DNA of 64,000 bases from Trueperaceae bacterium (GTDB lineage Bacteria > Deinococcota > Deinococci > Deinococcales > Trueperaceae). The stretch spans positions 3,040,001-3,104,000 of the forward strand of contig OZ243927.1 in NCBI GenBank assembly GCA_965213925.1. Direction: 5' to 3'. The notes beneath the pieces were generated by a model that did not search any database, was not told where the DNA came from, and saw nothing but the letters and a program-made list of their open reading frames with translations. Positions 29,273-38,980 of the stretch are shown in pieces. Position 1 is the first letter of the stretch, and each line of letters begins with the position of its first letter. Made by a program: the position numbers and the translations under genes.

Positions 29273-30014
29273 GGCGTGTTCCTCCGGACGGCGCTGAAGC
29301 TAAGACGCGCTTGGCGACCTCTCTATACGCCTCTTCGACGCCGCCTAAGTCGCGCCGGAAGCGGTCTTTGTCGAGCTTTTCGCCACTTTTTATGTCCCAC
29401 AAGCGGCAGGTATCGGGGCTGATCTCGTCCGCCAAGATGATCTCCCCGGAGGGCAGGCGACCGAACTCGAGCTTAAAGTCCACCAGCCTCAACCCGCGCG
29501 CCGCAAAAAAAGGTTCCAACACGCCGTTCACCTCGAGCGAAGTCTCCTGCAGCGTCTCTAGCTCCTCTTCGGTCGCGAAGCCGAGCGCCACCGCCGTCAT
29601 ACTGTTCATCGGCGGGTCGCCGAGTTCGTCGGACTTGTAGCACCACTCCACGACGCGCGGGCTCAGTTCGAAACCCTCAAGGACGCCGTAACGCTTTGAA
29701 AACGAGCCCGCCGCCACGTTGCGAACGATCACCTCGACGGGGACGATACTCACCGCTTTGACGAGCTGCTCGAGGTCGGATAACGCCTCGACGAAATGCG
29801 TGGAAATATCCTGCGCTTCCAAGACCTCGAAGAGCCGCGCGCTCACCGCGTTATTCACCGCGCCTTTGCCCTGAACCGTGCCCCGCTTTTGCGCGTTAAA
29901 CGCGGTCGCGTCGTCCTTATACTCGACGATGAAGAGGTGCGGGTCGTCGGTGGCGAACACCTTCTTCGCCTTGCCTTCGTAGCGCTGCTCGAGTTTCTCT
30001 ACGGGCGTGTTCAC
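29265..30014 (-). CDS. purC: SAICAR synthetase
   Basis: [46 protein letters not shown]. Confidence 0.97.
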   Translation of the reverse strand: MNTPVEKLEQRYEGKAKKVFATDDPHLFIVEYKDDATAFNAQKRGTVQGKGAVNNAVSARLFEVLEAQDISTHFVEALSDLEQLVKAVSIVPVEVIVRNVAAGSFSKRYGVLEGFELSPRVVEWCYKSDELGDPPMNSMTAVALGFATEEELETLQETSLEVNGVLEPFFAARGLRLVDFKLEFGRLPSGEIILADEISPDTCRLWDIKSGEKLDKDRFRRDLGGVEEAYREVAKRVLASAPSGGTRHA

Positions 30015-30040
30015 GGGGTCACTATAACAGGACTGAGAGA

Positions 30041-30091
30041 AAAGGACTGAGGACTGAGAGAAAAGATTTTTCTCTCAGTCCTCAGTCCTTT
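30041..30091. repeat. Heptamer-built perfect inverted repeat (GGACTGA units)
   Basis: 24-bp arms AAAGGACTGAGGACTGAGAGAAAA / TTTTCTCTCAGTCCTCAGTCCTTT with a 3-nt loop, between the divergent purC and rlmB. Confidence 0.9.
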
Positions 30092-30160
30092 CACCTCTTC
30101 TCTTTGTCCGTAAAGAAGCAGCGACCTCGACCAGTCCATATTCAGGCTACAATGCCCTCT

Positions 30161-30880
30161 ATGCTCATCTACGGTAAACAAGCGGTCATTGAAGCTTTGC
30201 AAGAGGGCGACGTGCAACGTCTTTTCATCGCCAACGGCGTGCAGCCGGGCACAGTCAAGCAGTTGGAATCTTTAGCCAAACGCTTTGGCGTCCCCTTCGA
30301 CCACGTGCCGCGCATCGACTTAGACCAGACCTTAAAGACGACGCGGCATCAGGGTATCGCCGCCGAACTGCCCGAGCTGACCTACGCTGACCCCGAGGCA
30401 CCTTTTAGGCTCGCGGAGGAGCGAGGCGAAAAGCTCCTACTTGTCCTGTTGGATCAGGTGAGCGACCCGCGTAACTACGGCGCGATCATTCGCAGCGCCG
30501 AGGTGTTGGGCGCGCACGGCGTCGTGACCGAGGAGCGGCGGAGCGCACCCCTTTCGGCTGTCGTGGCGAAAACATCGGCGGGGGCGAGCAGCCACTTGCC
30601 GCTCGTCCAGGTCAAGAACTTGCCACGCTACATCGACGGGCTCAAAAAGCGCAACGTCTGGATTTATGGCGCGTCGGGCGACGCCTATAACAAGCCAGGC
30701 GACATCGACTGGGACAGAGACGCCGCCTTGGTCATCGGCTCCGAAGGGTCGGGCATGCGCCGTTTGGTAAGGAACAAGTGCGACGACACCGTGATGATCC
30801 CGATGCGCGGGCAGGTCGCGTCCTTGAATGCGTCGGTGGCGGCGGGGATACTGATTTATTCGGTGATGAACGCACGGTAG
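30161..30880 (+). CDS. rlmB: 23S rRNA Gm2251 2'-O-methyltransferase (SpoU/TrmH family)
   Basis: MLIYGKQAV, HQGIAA, DPRNYGAIIRSA, IGSEGSG, SLNASVA. The ATG lies 7 bp after TACAAT. Confidence 0.93.
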   Translation: MLIYGKQAVIEALQEGDVQRLFIANGVQPGTVKQLESLAKRFGVPFDHVPRIDLDQTLKTTRHQGIAAELPELTYADPEAPFRLAEERGEKLLLVLLDQVSDPRNYGAIIRSAEVLGAHGVVTEERRSAPLSAVVAKTSAGASSHLPLVQVKNLPRYIDGLKKRNVWIYGASGDAYNKPGDIDWDRDAALVIGSEGSGMRRLVRNKCDDTVMIPMRGQVASLNASVAAGILIYSVMNAR

Positions 30881-31144
30881 AGGTGTGTAGCAGGTTCCTT
30901 CGGAAAGCTTCGCGCAATCAAAGTCTGTCTCCCGTTGGTCGGAGCTGGTCGGAAACACGCTCACTTGAGAAAGCATTGACTAGCACGCACTTCAAGGGAT
31001 GACATCTGCGGAGAAGCGTTGCTGCGCACAACTCCGTTCAAGCAATGTTGTGAGGAACCGCTATAGAAGTAGCGACGAAACTACGCCTCCACTTCTCCCC
31101 TATCCCGGCTAGCCGCAACGCTCGAGACGAGCTAAACTCAAAAT

Positions 31145-32680
31145 GTGACTTCGCTCGCGCACCTCTTCTTACACCACGCCGAGACCTCGCCCGATAAAAC
31201 GTTCATTCATTTCGAGGGCGACGCTTACAGCTACGCCGACCTCTTCACGCACGTGAGCCGCGCCGCCGGTTCTTTACGCGCGCGGGGGCTCCGCAAGGGC
31301 GAACGGGTCGCGCTCTACCTGGAGAACTTGCCGAGCTTTATCGTCGCATATCTCGGCGCGCTATGGCTGGGCGGCGTGGTCGTTCTGGTCAACACCCGCT
31401 ACAGAGAGACCGAGTTACGCTATATTTTGGGCGACTCGGGCGCGAGGCTCGTCGTGACGGACGCTGAGCGAGCCGGGAGGTTGGGCGGCGTTTTAGGTCA
31501 TCCGGGTGAAGTGGACGTCATCCAGTTAGGTCAGAGCTTAGTAGAAGACGACGAGGTGTGGCGGACGCTCGCCCCTTGTCCTCCGCTAACCTCGCCCGCT
31601 GACCTCACCCCAGACAATCTCACCTCGGATGACCTCGCCGTCATCGCCTACACCTCCGGCACCACCGGACGCGCTAAAGGCGCGACGCTCACGCACGGCA
31701 ACTTCGTGAGCAACAGCCGCGCCGTAACCCGTGCGTGGGGCTGGACGGCGGACGACCACCTCTTGCTCACGCTGCCGCTCTTTCACATGCACGGGCTCGG
31801 CGTGGGCTTACACGGCACGCTGGTGCAGGGCTCGGCGCTCACCCTAAAGCGCACCTTCGACGCGGCGGATGTACTGAACGAAATAAGAAGGGGGCGCGTC
31901 ACCATGTTTTTCGGCGTGCCGACGATGCACACGCGGCTGCTTCAGGAGGTGAAAAGGAGCGGGCGAACGCGCGAAGAGGTCGCAGGGTTGAGGCTACTCG
32001 TTTCGGGCTCCGCGCCGCTCAGTCCGCAGATCATGAGGGAGCTTGAAGCGGTCTTTCGTCTCCCCGTTTTGGAGCGCTACGGCATGACCGAAACAGTGAT
32101 GAATTTAGGCAATCCGCTACGCGGTGAGCGGAAAGCGGGCTCGGTGGGCGTGCCCTTTGCGGGCGTCCAGGTACGCGTTGTAGACAAGGACAACAACGCC
32201 GTGACGCCAGGCACAATAGGCGAGTTGCAACTGCGCGGTCCCAACGTCACGAAAGGGTATTGGAATAAACCGGCTGAGACGGAAGCGAGCTTCGTGGACG
32301 GCTGGTTTAAGACGGGCGACTTGGGCTTTATGGACGAAGACGGCTACTACTTCCTGACCGGACGCGCCAAGGAGCTAATTATTTCAGGTGGCTTTAACGT
32401 CTATCCTCGAGAGGTCGAAGAGGTCTTGGCGCAGCACGGCGCGGTGCAAGAGGTCGCGGTGCTGGGGCTACCGGATGACGATTTGGTTGAGCGGGTGGTG
32501 GCGGCTGTTGTGGTGGACGGGAAAGTTGAGGCGTCCAAACTGCAAGCGTTTTGCAAGGAGAAGCTGGCGAGTTTCAAGAAGCCCAAAGAGGTCTTTTTCG
32601 TGGACGAGTTGCCGCGCAACGCGCTGGGAAAGGTGCAGAAGCATGTGTTGAGAGAGAAGCTCGAGTCCAGCGCGGTCTAA
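31145..32680 (+). CDS. Acyl-CoA synthetase (MatB/malonyl-CoA synthetase-like)
   Basis: YTSGTTGRAKG, LPLFHMHGL, ERYGMTET, GWFKTGDLG, LPRNALGKVQK. Confidence 0.88.
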   Translation: MTSLAHLFLHHAETSPDKTFIHFEGDAYSYADLFTHVSRAAGSLRARGLRKGERVALYLENLPSFIVAYLGALWLGGVVVLVNTRYRETELRYILGDSGARLVVTDAERAGRLGGVLGHPGEVDVIQLGQSLVEDDEVWRTLAPCPPLTSPADLTPDNLTSDDLAVIAYTSGTTGRAKGATLTHGNFVSNSRAVTRAWGWTADDHLLLTLPLFHMHGLGVGLHGTLVQGSALTLKRTFDAADVLNEIRRGRVTMFFGVPTMHTRLLQEVKRSGRTREEVAGLRLLVSGSAPLSPQIMRELEAVFRLPVLERYGMTETVMNLGNPLRGERKAGSVGVPFAGVQVRVVDKDNNAVTPGTIGELQLRGPNVTKGYWNKPAETEASFVDGWFKTGDLGFMDEDGYYFLTGRAKELIISGGFNVYPREVEEVLAQHGAVQEVAVLGLPDDDLVERVVAAVVVDGKVEASKLQAFCKEKLASFKKPKEVFFVDELPRNALGKVQKHVLREKLESSAV

Positions 32681-34161
32681 CGTCTCGACACCTCGACAAC
32701 TTGCCCCAGCCACCGATTGAACAGCGGCACCAGTGGATTATCCTCAGCCGTTACAATGTCGATATGGGTGAGACCGGGCAACACATACGCGGAGAAAAAG
32801 ACGCTCGCGCGCGCGTTGTTATACGCCGAGAAGCCGTCTAGCGTCGGCACGAGCCCGCGACCCGCGCCCACCGCGAGCGTCGGCGTGTTCACCTCGCTGT
32901 TCGGCACGAAACCCGGCTCATCGCGCAAGGTGACGTCTAAACGCGCCATGTCGAGCAGCAAGCGTACTGGGAAGTACCACTCGTTGAAGTTGGTGTCGGC
33001 GGTGACTTGCGACGCGATGAGCGTGCGTAAGTCGGTGCGCTCTCGGCTCGGGTCGCCGCGCTCCCAGCGCACGGCGTCGTACCCCTCCGCGACGCCAGAG
33101 ACGCTGCGTGAGCGTGCGCCCTTCTTCCCTTCGGACAAAAACGCGATGAGGTTGCCGTGGAAGGTCGCGCCGACAGGCTCGCCCACCGACGCGCCGAACG
33201 CGGGCGAAAACTCGTAGCGGTCGTCGATCGCTACGCCAGCCGCCGCAAAGTTCGTGATGGGAAAGTCGGCGAGGTCTTCGGGCGCGAGTTCGCCCGGCTC
33301 GAGCTGCGCGAGCAGCACCAAAGCTTCGGTTCGGGCGTACGTATGCGGCGCGAACGCGAGGGTGAAGTACGGGTTGCCGCGGCCGGACTCCAAGCTCGCC
33401 ACGTCCGGCACAAGCTTGATGGGTCCGACCGAAACCCCTCCCTCGCGGCTGAACGCGCCCGTGCGCCCGAGCGTGCCGTCGATGAGCAATAGACCGTCCA
33501 GGTGGTCGTCGCCTAAATCCGGGCGGCTCTCGTTGCCGAAGTTATACGCCGCATAGAGCGCCGTCATGCTCGCGCCGAGCGAATGTCCGCCCAGAACAAC
33601 CGTGTCCGCAACCGTATGAGCGCGTTTAACGAGTTCGTGCAGGTCGCGCAGGTGAACCTCTAAACCCCAAGAGGCGAGAAAGGGAACCTCTTCGGGCGGT
33701 ACCGCGTTAAAACCGTCCTTCTTACCGCGATTCTTGACGTAGTAGTCGTAGGCGGTGGTCGGGTCGCCCGTGCGCAAGCTCTCCAACGTCGCGCTGCGGT
33801 CTTCTAGAAGGTTGGCGCGGCGGTCCACCGTCCAGACCTCTAGCCCCGGCTGGCTCGCCACCAATTGCCGCGCCACGATGTCCATCGTCGCCGCGCCGCC
33901 GAAGATGCCCGGCACGAGGATGAGCACCGTCTCGCTGGGCTCGTCCACTTTCGGCGCGGTGTAGCGCACGTAGAGAGCTTTGTTGTAGCGCCCTGGCGTG
34001 TTGGGCGCGGCGTACCCCGGCACACTGACGTATTCACTCCTTACGCGCTCTGGCGCGAAGCGGTACGTCGCACTCGGCACGTCGAGGTCGACGCGCATGT
34101 CGGGGATGGGCAGACAGCCCGCCAGAAGGATGAGCAGCAGTAGCGCGGCAGAGCGAAACAC
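32677..34161 (-). CDS. Alpha/beta-hydrolase fold lipoprotein
   Basis: Lipobox LLAGC, nucleophile elbow GHSLG, C-terminal THID. GTG at 34161 preferred as start. Confidence 0.8.
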   Translation of the reverse strand: MFRSAALLLLILLAGCLPIPDMRVDLDVPSATYRFAPERVRSEYVSVPGYAAPNTPGRYNKALYVRYTAPKVDEPSETVLILVPGIFGGAATMDIVARQLVASQPGLEVWTVDRRANLLEDRSATLESLRTGDPTTAYDYYVKNRGKKDGFNAVPPEEVPFLASWGLEVHLRDLHELVKRAHTVADTVVLGGHSLGASMTALYAAYNFGNESRPDLGDDHLDGLLLIDGTLGRTGAFSREGGVSVGPIKLVPDVASLESGRGNPYFTLAFAPHTYARTEALVLLAQLEPGELAPEDLADFPITNFAAAGVAIDDRYEFSPAFGASVGEPVGATFHGNLIAFLSEGKKGARSRSVSGVAEGYDAVRWERGDPSRERTDLRTLIASQVTADTNFNEWYFPVRLLLDMARLDVTLRDEPGFVPNSEVNTPTLAVGAGRGLVPTLDGFSAYNNARASVFFSAYVLPGLTHIDIVTAEDNPLVPLFNRWLGQVVEVSRR

Positions 34162-34485
34162 CCGTCCATTGTGACCTTTTACGTTTCCGACATCCACACC
34201 GTGGTTTACGCAAGTTCGCCGCGCCGACGCGAACATGAAGTTTTTTACACCGGGTCGGGCTCGTATTGAAAGGCAAACCACAGTGTTTCGCGGCGCTCCG
34301 GAACCTCTACTGAGGTGGTAGCAGCGAGCGAAACTGACCTAAGCGAAATCTGCGCGATGTTCCTCGGTACCTGCATACTCTTTACATTTTGTCAAGTAAT
34401 GCTTTAGGATAGAACCGCAATGGTGTAACAGAAAATTTGGCGAAAGTTCAGTTTTGCGCAGGTCTCGAGCCCAAGGGAGAAGAGG

Positions 34486-36216
34486 ATGAACCTATCTGTC
34501 CAGGCTTTAATCGCCTTTACGCCCATCTTAGCTGCCGCGGTTATGCTCATCGGGCTGCGCTGGCCCGCCCGCTACGCCATGCCGATCGTTTACGTCATAG
34601 CAGCGCTTCTCGCGCTAGCAGTGTGGAGCGTCCCTTTTGCGCAGGTCGCCGCTTCGACGGTCGAAGGGCTCTTCATCACCTTCGACATTTTGTTCATCGT
34701 CTTCGGGGCGATTTTGCTTTTGAATACGCTCGAGCACTCCGGCGCGATCCAGACCATCCGTGCCAACTTTGTAGACATCAGCACCGACAGGCGCGTGCAA
34801 GTCGTCATCATCGCGTGGCTCTTCGGCGCGTTTTTAGAGGGCGCGGCGGGCTTCGGCACGCCCGCCGCCATCGCCGCCCCTCTGCTCGTCGCGCTCGGCT
34901 TTCCCGCGATGGCAGCGGTCGTCATCGGCTTGATGATCCAGAGCACGCCCGTAACCTTTGGCGCAGTCGGCACGCCCATCGTCATCGGCGTGACGGGCGG
35001 CTTAGAGAACTCGCAAGCGACGGCGCAGCTCGACAACGCCGGCGTACCCTTCGACGCCTACTTACAGATGGTCACCGCCGAGTCCGCCATTATCCACGGC
35101 ATCGTCGGCACGCTCATACCTCTTTTTATGGTCATGATGATGACGCGCTTTTTCGGTAAGAACCAATCTTGGACCGAAGGACTGTCCATCTTGCCCTTCG
35201 CGCTCTTTGGCGGCGTGGCGTTTACGATTCCTTACACGCTTACCGGCATTTTCTTAGGACCGGAGTTTCCCTCACTCATCGGCGCACTAGTAGGGCTGGC
35301 TGTCGTTACATTTGCGGCGCGGCGCGGCTTTTTGCTGCCGGACGACACCTGGGACTTTCCGCCCAGGGAGGAGTGGAGCGAGCGCTGGCTCGGCAACATG
35401 GACCAGCGCCTCGACACCACGGCGGAGAAAGTCATGTCCACGTGGATGGCGTGGACGCCCTACGTGCTCCTCGCGCTGATCTTGGTCGCGAGCCGCATCT
35501 TCACGCCGTTTACAAACGCCCTCCAAGCGCTGACCATCAGCGTGCCCAACCTCTTCGGTACGGAGATCACCCCGGCGACTTCACCTCTTTATTTGCCGGG
35601 ATTTATCCTCATCGTCGTCGTCGCTATCACCTACTTTTTGCACCGCATGTCCGGGGGAGAACTCGGTAGAGCTTTTCGCGAATCCGGGCAGACGCTTCTC
35701 GGCGCGGGCTTCGTCCTCGTCTTCACCGTGCCGATGGTGCGCATTTACATCAACTCGGACGTAAACGCCGCCGACTTAGCGAGTATGCCCGTGGCGATGG
35801 GCGAGTGGGTCGCGGCAACCGCGGGCGGCGTGTGGCCCTTTTTCGCGCCGACGATTGGCGCGTTGGGCGCGTTTATCGCGGGCAGCAACACGATCAGCAA
35901 CCTCATGTTTAGCCTCTTCCAGTTCAGCGTAGCGCAGCAGCTCGCGGTTTCTACCGCCGTCGTGGTGGCGCTGCAGGCGGTAGGCGCGGCGGCGGGCAAT
36001 ATGATCGCGATTCACAACGTTGTGGCGGCGTCCGCGACGGTGGGGCTTTTAGACCGAGAAGGGGATGTGCTGCGCCGAACGATTTTGCCGACGATTTATT
36101 ACGTCATCTTTGCAGGGATTTTGGGGATGGTTGCGATTTATCTCTTGGGCGTTTCTGCACCCGAACTAAGCGGAGCGCAAGCAGCGGCGGAGATACCCGT
36201 TCAGTTATCACAGTAG
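34486..36216 (+). CDS. L-lactate/glycolate permease (LctP family)
   Basis: [32 protein letters not shown], many TM helices. Confidence 0.93.
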   Translation: MNLSVQALIAFTPILAAAVMLIGLRWPARYAMPIVYVIAALLALAVWSVPFAQVAASTVEGLFITFDILFIVFGAILLLNTLEHSGAIQTIRANFVDISTDRRVQVVIIAWLFGAFLEGAAGFGTPAAIAAPLLVALGFPAMAAVVIGLMIQSTPVTFGAVGTPIVIGVTGGLENSQATAQLDNAGVPFDAYLQMVTAESAIIHGIVGTLIPLFMVMMMTRFFGKNQSWTEGLSILPFALFGGVAFTIPYTLTGIFLGPEFPSLIGALVGLAVVTFAARRGFLLPDDTWDFPPREEWSERWLGNMDQRLDTTAEKVMSTWMAWTPYVLLALILVASRIFTPFTNALQALTISVPNLFGTEITPATSPLYLPGFILIVVVAITYFLHRMSGGELGRAFRESGQTLLGAGFVLVFTVPMVRIYINSDVNAADLASMPVAMGEWVAATAGGVWPFFAPTIGALGAFIAGSNTISNLMFSLFQFSVAQQLAVSTAVVVALQAVGAAAGNMIAIHNVVAASATVGLLDREGDVLRRTILPTIYYVIFAGILGMVAIYLLGVSAPELSGAQAAAEIPVQLSQ

Positions 36217-36230
36217 CGATAGCCCCGTCA

Positions 36231-36258
36231 GTAGGGGCGATTCATGAATCGCCCCTAC
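36231..36258. repeat. GTAG-type REP-like perfect palindrome
   Basis: GTAGGGGCGATTCATGAATCGCCCCTAC, identical to 43204-43231. Confidence 0.9.
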
Positions 36259-36402
36259 GCCGCTCGCTTCATCACACGTTTTGTTCGTGGAACGTGGATT
36301 TGAAAACAAGAGCAAACGACGCAGATGTCATTCCGATCATGGTTTTCTCAGCTATGCAGGCACCGCTAAGTACGTCTCTGACCAAATGGTACCTGCTTAA
36401 TC

Positions 36403-38325
36403 TTAATCCGCCGCTTGCGACCTCTCCTGATACTGCAATTCGTAGAGCTTGCGGTAGTAGCCCTCTTCTTCTAAAAGCTCGAAGTGGTTGCCCTGCTCAA
36501 TCAGCTTGCCCTTTTTCATGACCATGATGCGGTCGGCGTCCTGAATAGTCGATAAGCGGTGCGCGATGATGATACTAGTGCGCCCTTGCATGAGCTTCTC
36601 GAGCGCGTCTTGGATGAGTTCTTCGGTCTCGGTGTCCACGTTGGCAGTGGCTTCGTCTAAGACTAAGAGGATGTCGGGGTTTTGGACCAGAGCGCGCGCA
36701 AACGCAATAAGCTGTTTCTGCCCTGTCGAGAACCCTGCACCTCTTTCCAAGACTGGGCTGTCGTAGCCTTGCGGCAACTTCTCGATGAAGCCGTGCGCGT
36801 TGACGAACTTAGCAGCTTCGACGACGCGCTCTAAAGGTATTGAATCGTCATTGAGCGTGATGTTACTCCGCACCGTCCCGCTGAACAAGAACGGGTCTTG
36901 TAAAACGATACCCACGTGCTGCCGCAGTTCAACTTGGTCGTAGTCGCGCACGTCTTTTCCATCAATCTTAATAGACCCGCGCTGCACGTCGTAAAAGCGG
37001 CTCACGAGGCTGATGATCGTCGTCTTGCCCGCACCCGTGTGCCCGACAAAGGCGACGGATTCTCCTGGCTCGATCGTGAAGTTGAGGTCGCGCAGCACCC
37101 ACTCGTCCTCTTGGTAGGCGAACGACACATCCTCGAACTTGATCTCACCCCGAAACTTGCTCTCGAAGTGCGCGGGGTCGGGGCGGTTCGTGACCGCTTC
37201 GGGCGTATCTAAAAGCTGAAAGATACGCTCAGACGACGCCATCGCCGCTTGCAAGATGTTGTAGCGGTCGCTCAGGTTCTGGATCGGGCGGAAGAAGTCT
37301 CCGGAGTACTGCAAAAACGCTGTCAGCACACCGATGGTCACTGCGCCGCCTGCACCCGGTCCTAAAATCTGCGTCGCGCCGTAAAAGAGGATCATCGCGG
37401 TGGCGAGTGCGCCGATGAGTTGCACCGTCGGGAAGAAGAGGCTGAACCATCTAACCTGCTCGATGTAGGCGTCTAAAAGGCGCAGGTTCATCTCGTCAAA
37501 TTTCTTTTGATTGCGCTCCTCGCGGTTGAAAAGTTGAATCGTCTTCATCCCCGAGAGGTTTTCGGACAGGTACGAGTTCGAGCGCGAGAGCCGTAACCGC
37601 ACCGCTCGGTACGCATCGCGGATGCGCTTGCGCACGTAATTGAGGATGAAGTACAAGACGGGCATCACCGTCAGCGTAATGAGCGCGAGTTGCCAGTTGA
37701 TGCTGAACATGTAGACCGTCAAGCCAATTAGCAGACCGAAGTCCGCCACCATGCCCACCACGCCGTCCGTGACCATGCGCTCGATGGCTTCGATGTCGGA
37801 GGTAATGCGGGTGATGAGGCGTCCGACGGGGGTGCGGTCGAAGAAGCCCATGTGCATCCGCTGAACTTTAGAGAAAATCTCCTTGCGGATATCGTAGATG
37901 ACGTGCTGCCCCATCCACGAAACGAGGTAGGTGTAGCCGTAGCGCAGCCCGAAGTTGAGGAGGCGGAGGCCCATGTAGATCGACACAATAACGAGGATGC
38001 CCTCGTAACGGGCGTCCACCGAGAGGTTGGTAAAGGGCTCGCTGACCGGGCGGATGTAGCGGTCGATAATGAGCGAGATGAGGTAGGGGAAGACGGGGAC
38101 GATGGCGCTGTAGACCAGAAGTAAAGCCATCGCGCCGAAAACCTGTTTGCGGTAGGGGCGCAAGTAGACGAGTAAGCGCTTGGTGATGTCCCAGTCGAAG
38201 GTCTTCTGGAACGCTTCGCCGTCCTCGTCGAAGTCGCCCTCTTTGCGAAGCTGCTTAACGCGCTTTTTGCGGTTACGCTGCGCCTGGCGCTTCATCTCCT
38301 CGACGCTGTAGGTTATTTTTGCCAT
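36403..38325 (-). CDS. ABC exporter, permease plus ATPase (heterodimer subunit B)
   Basis: TM domain, GHTGAGKTT, FSTGQKQ, LDEATANVD. Confidence 0.95.
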   Translation of the reverse strand: MAKITYSVEEMKRQAQRNRKKRVKQLRKEGDFDEDGEAFQKTFDWDITKRLLVYLRPYRKQVFGAMALLLVYSAIVPVFPYLISLIIDRYIRPVSEPFTNLSVDARYEGILVIVSIYMGLRLLNFGLRYGYTYLVSWMGQHVIYDIRKEIFSKVQRMHMGFFDRTPVGRLITRITSDIEAIERMVTDGVVGMVADFGLLIGLTVYMFSINWQLALITLTVMPVLYFILNYVRKRIRDAYRAVRLRLSRSNSYLSENLSGMKTIQLFNREERNQKKFDEMNLRLLDAYIEQVRWFSLFFPTVQLIGALATAMILFYGATQILGPGAGGAVTIGVLTAFLQYSGDFFRPIQNLSDRYNILQAAMASSERIFQLLDTPEAVTNRPDPAHFESKFRGEIKFEDVSFAYQEDEWVLRDLNFTIEPGESVAFVGHTGAGKTTIISLVSRFYDVQRGSIKIDGKDVRDYDQVELRQHVGIVLQDPFLFSGTVRSNITLNDDSIPLERVVEAAKFVNAHGFIEKLPQGYDSPVLERGAGFSTGQKQLIAFARALVQNPDILLVLDEATANVDTETEELIQDALEKLMQGRTSIIIAHRLSTIQDADRIMVMKKGKLIEQGNHFELLEEEGYYRKLYELQYQERSQAAD

Positions 38326-38395
38326 ACGTAACTCCTAAATTTTGTACAGATGAGCTGATGTTCACCGCGACAAGAAGTAAACAAGAATCCGATTC

Positions 38396-38947
38396 TCAAA
38401 GCCTATAATCCTCGATAGCGGTGAATTCACAGCCCGTAACACCTTCTGACTCGAGAAAATCCTTCAACTCTTGACTAACAACTGTGATAAATGATTTGAA
38501 GCTCGGGTCTCGAGCCATTGGAATATTTGCACGCTCGAAATCTGTGTCCAGCACAAGCTGTTTTATACGTCGCTTACTCACTTGAGAGCGGTCTTGGTCG
38601 AAGATTTTCACTCCTTTAAGAAGGTGAAATACAACATGCTCCTCTGAAATCACCGTGACGCTATCTCGTTCGGTAATGAGGGTGGGAAAACATTCATACT
38701 CAACTCCGGCACTGCTGAGGAGAGCTATGAGCTTCGGAGAATACACATTAAAATTCGTTCCAGTTTCATGATTATCAAGAAGTTTTTGACTACGCCTTTT
38801 CGAAAAGTTAAGGAGAGGAAAAGGAGCAGTCAATGGTTTAGTTTGCCACATATTTGGATATGGAATGGGAGGCGGATTCTCAAGCTCCAAGTGGCAGGAA
38901 GAACACCGGATAGCAAACCAGGAAGCCTCAAACTTATAAAACTTCAT
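38396..38947 (-). CDS. Imm11/DUF1629-like protein
   Basis: VYSPKLIALL...FP...VFHLL...FDQDRS...LVLD...VVSQELKDFLESEGVTGCEF pattern. AT-rich. Confidence 0.65.
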   Translation of the reverse strand: MKFYKFEASWFAIRCSSCHLELENPPPIPYPNMWQTKPLTAPFPLLNFSKRRSQKLLDNHETGTNFNVYSPKLIALLSSAGVEYECFPTLITERDSVTVISEEHVVFHLLKGVKIFDQDRSQVSKRRIKQLVLDTDFERANIPMARDPSFKSFITVVSQELKDFLESEGVTGCEFTAIEDYRL

Positions 38948-38980
38948 AGGACATGGTATAGCCGTAGTCTAACCACCTGC

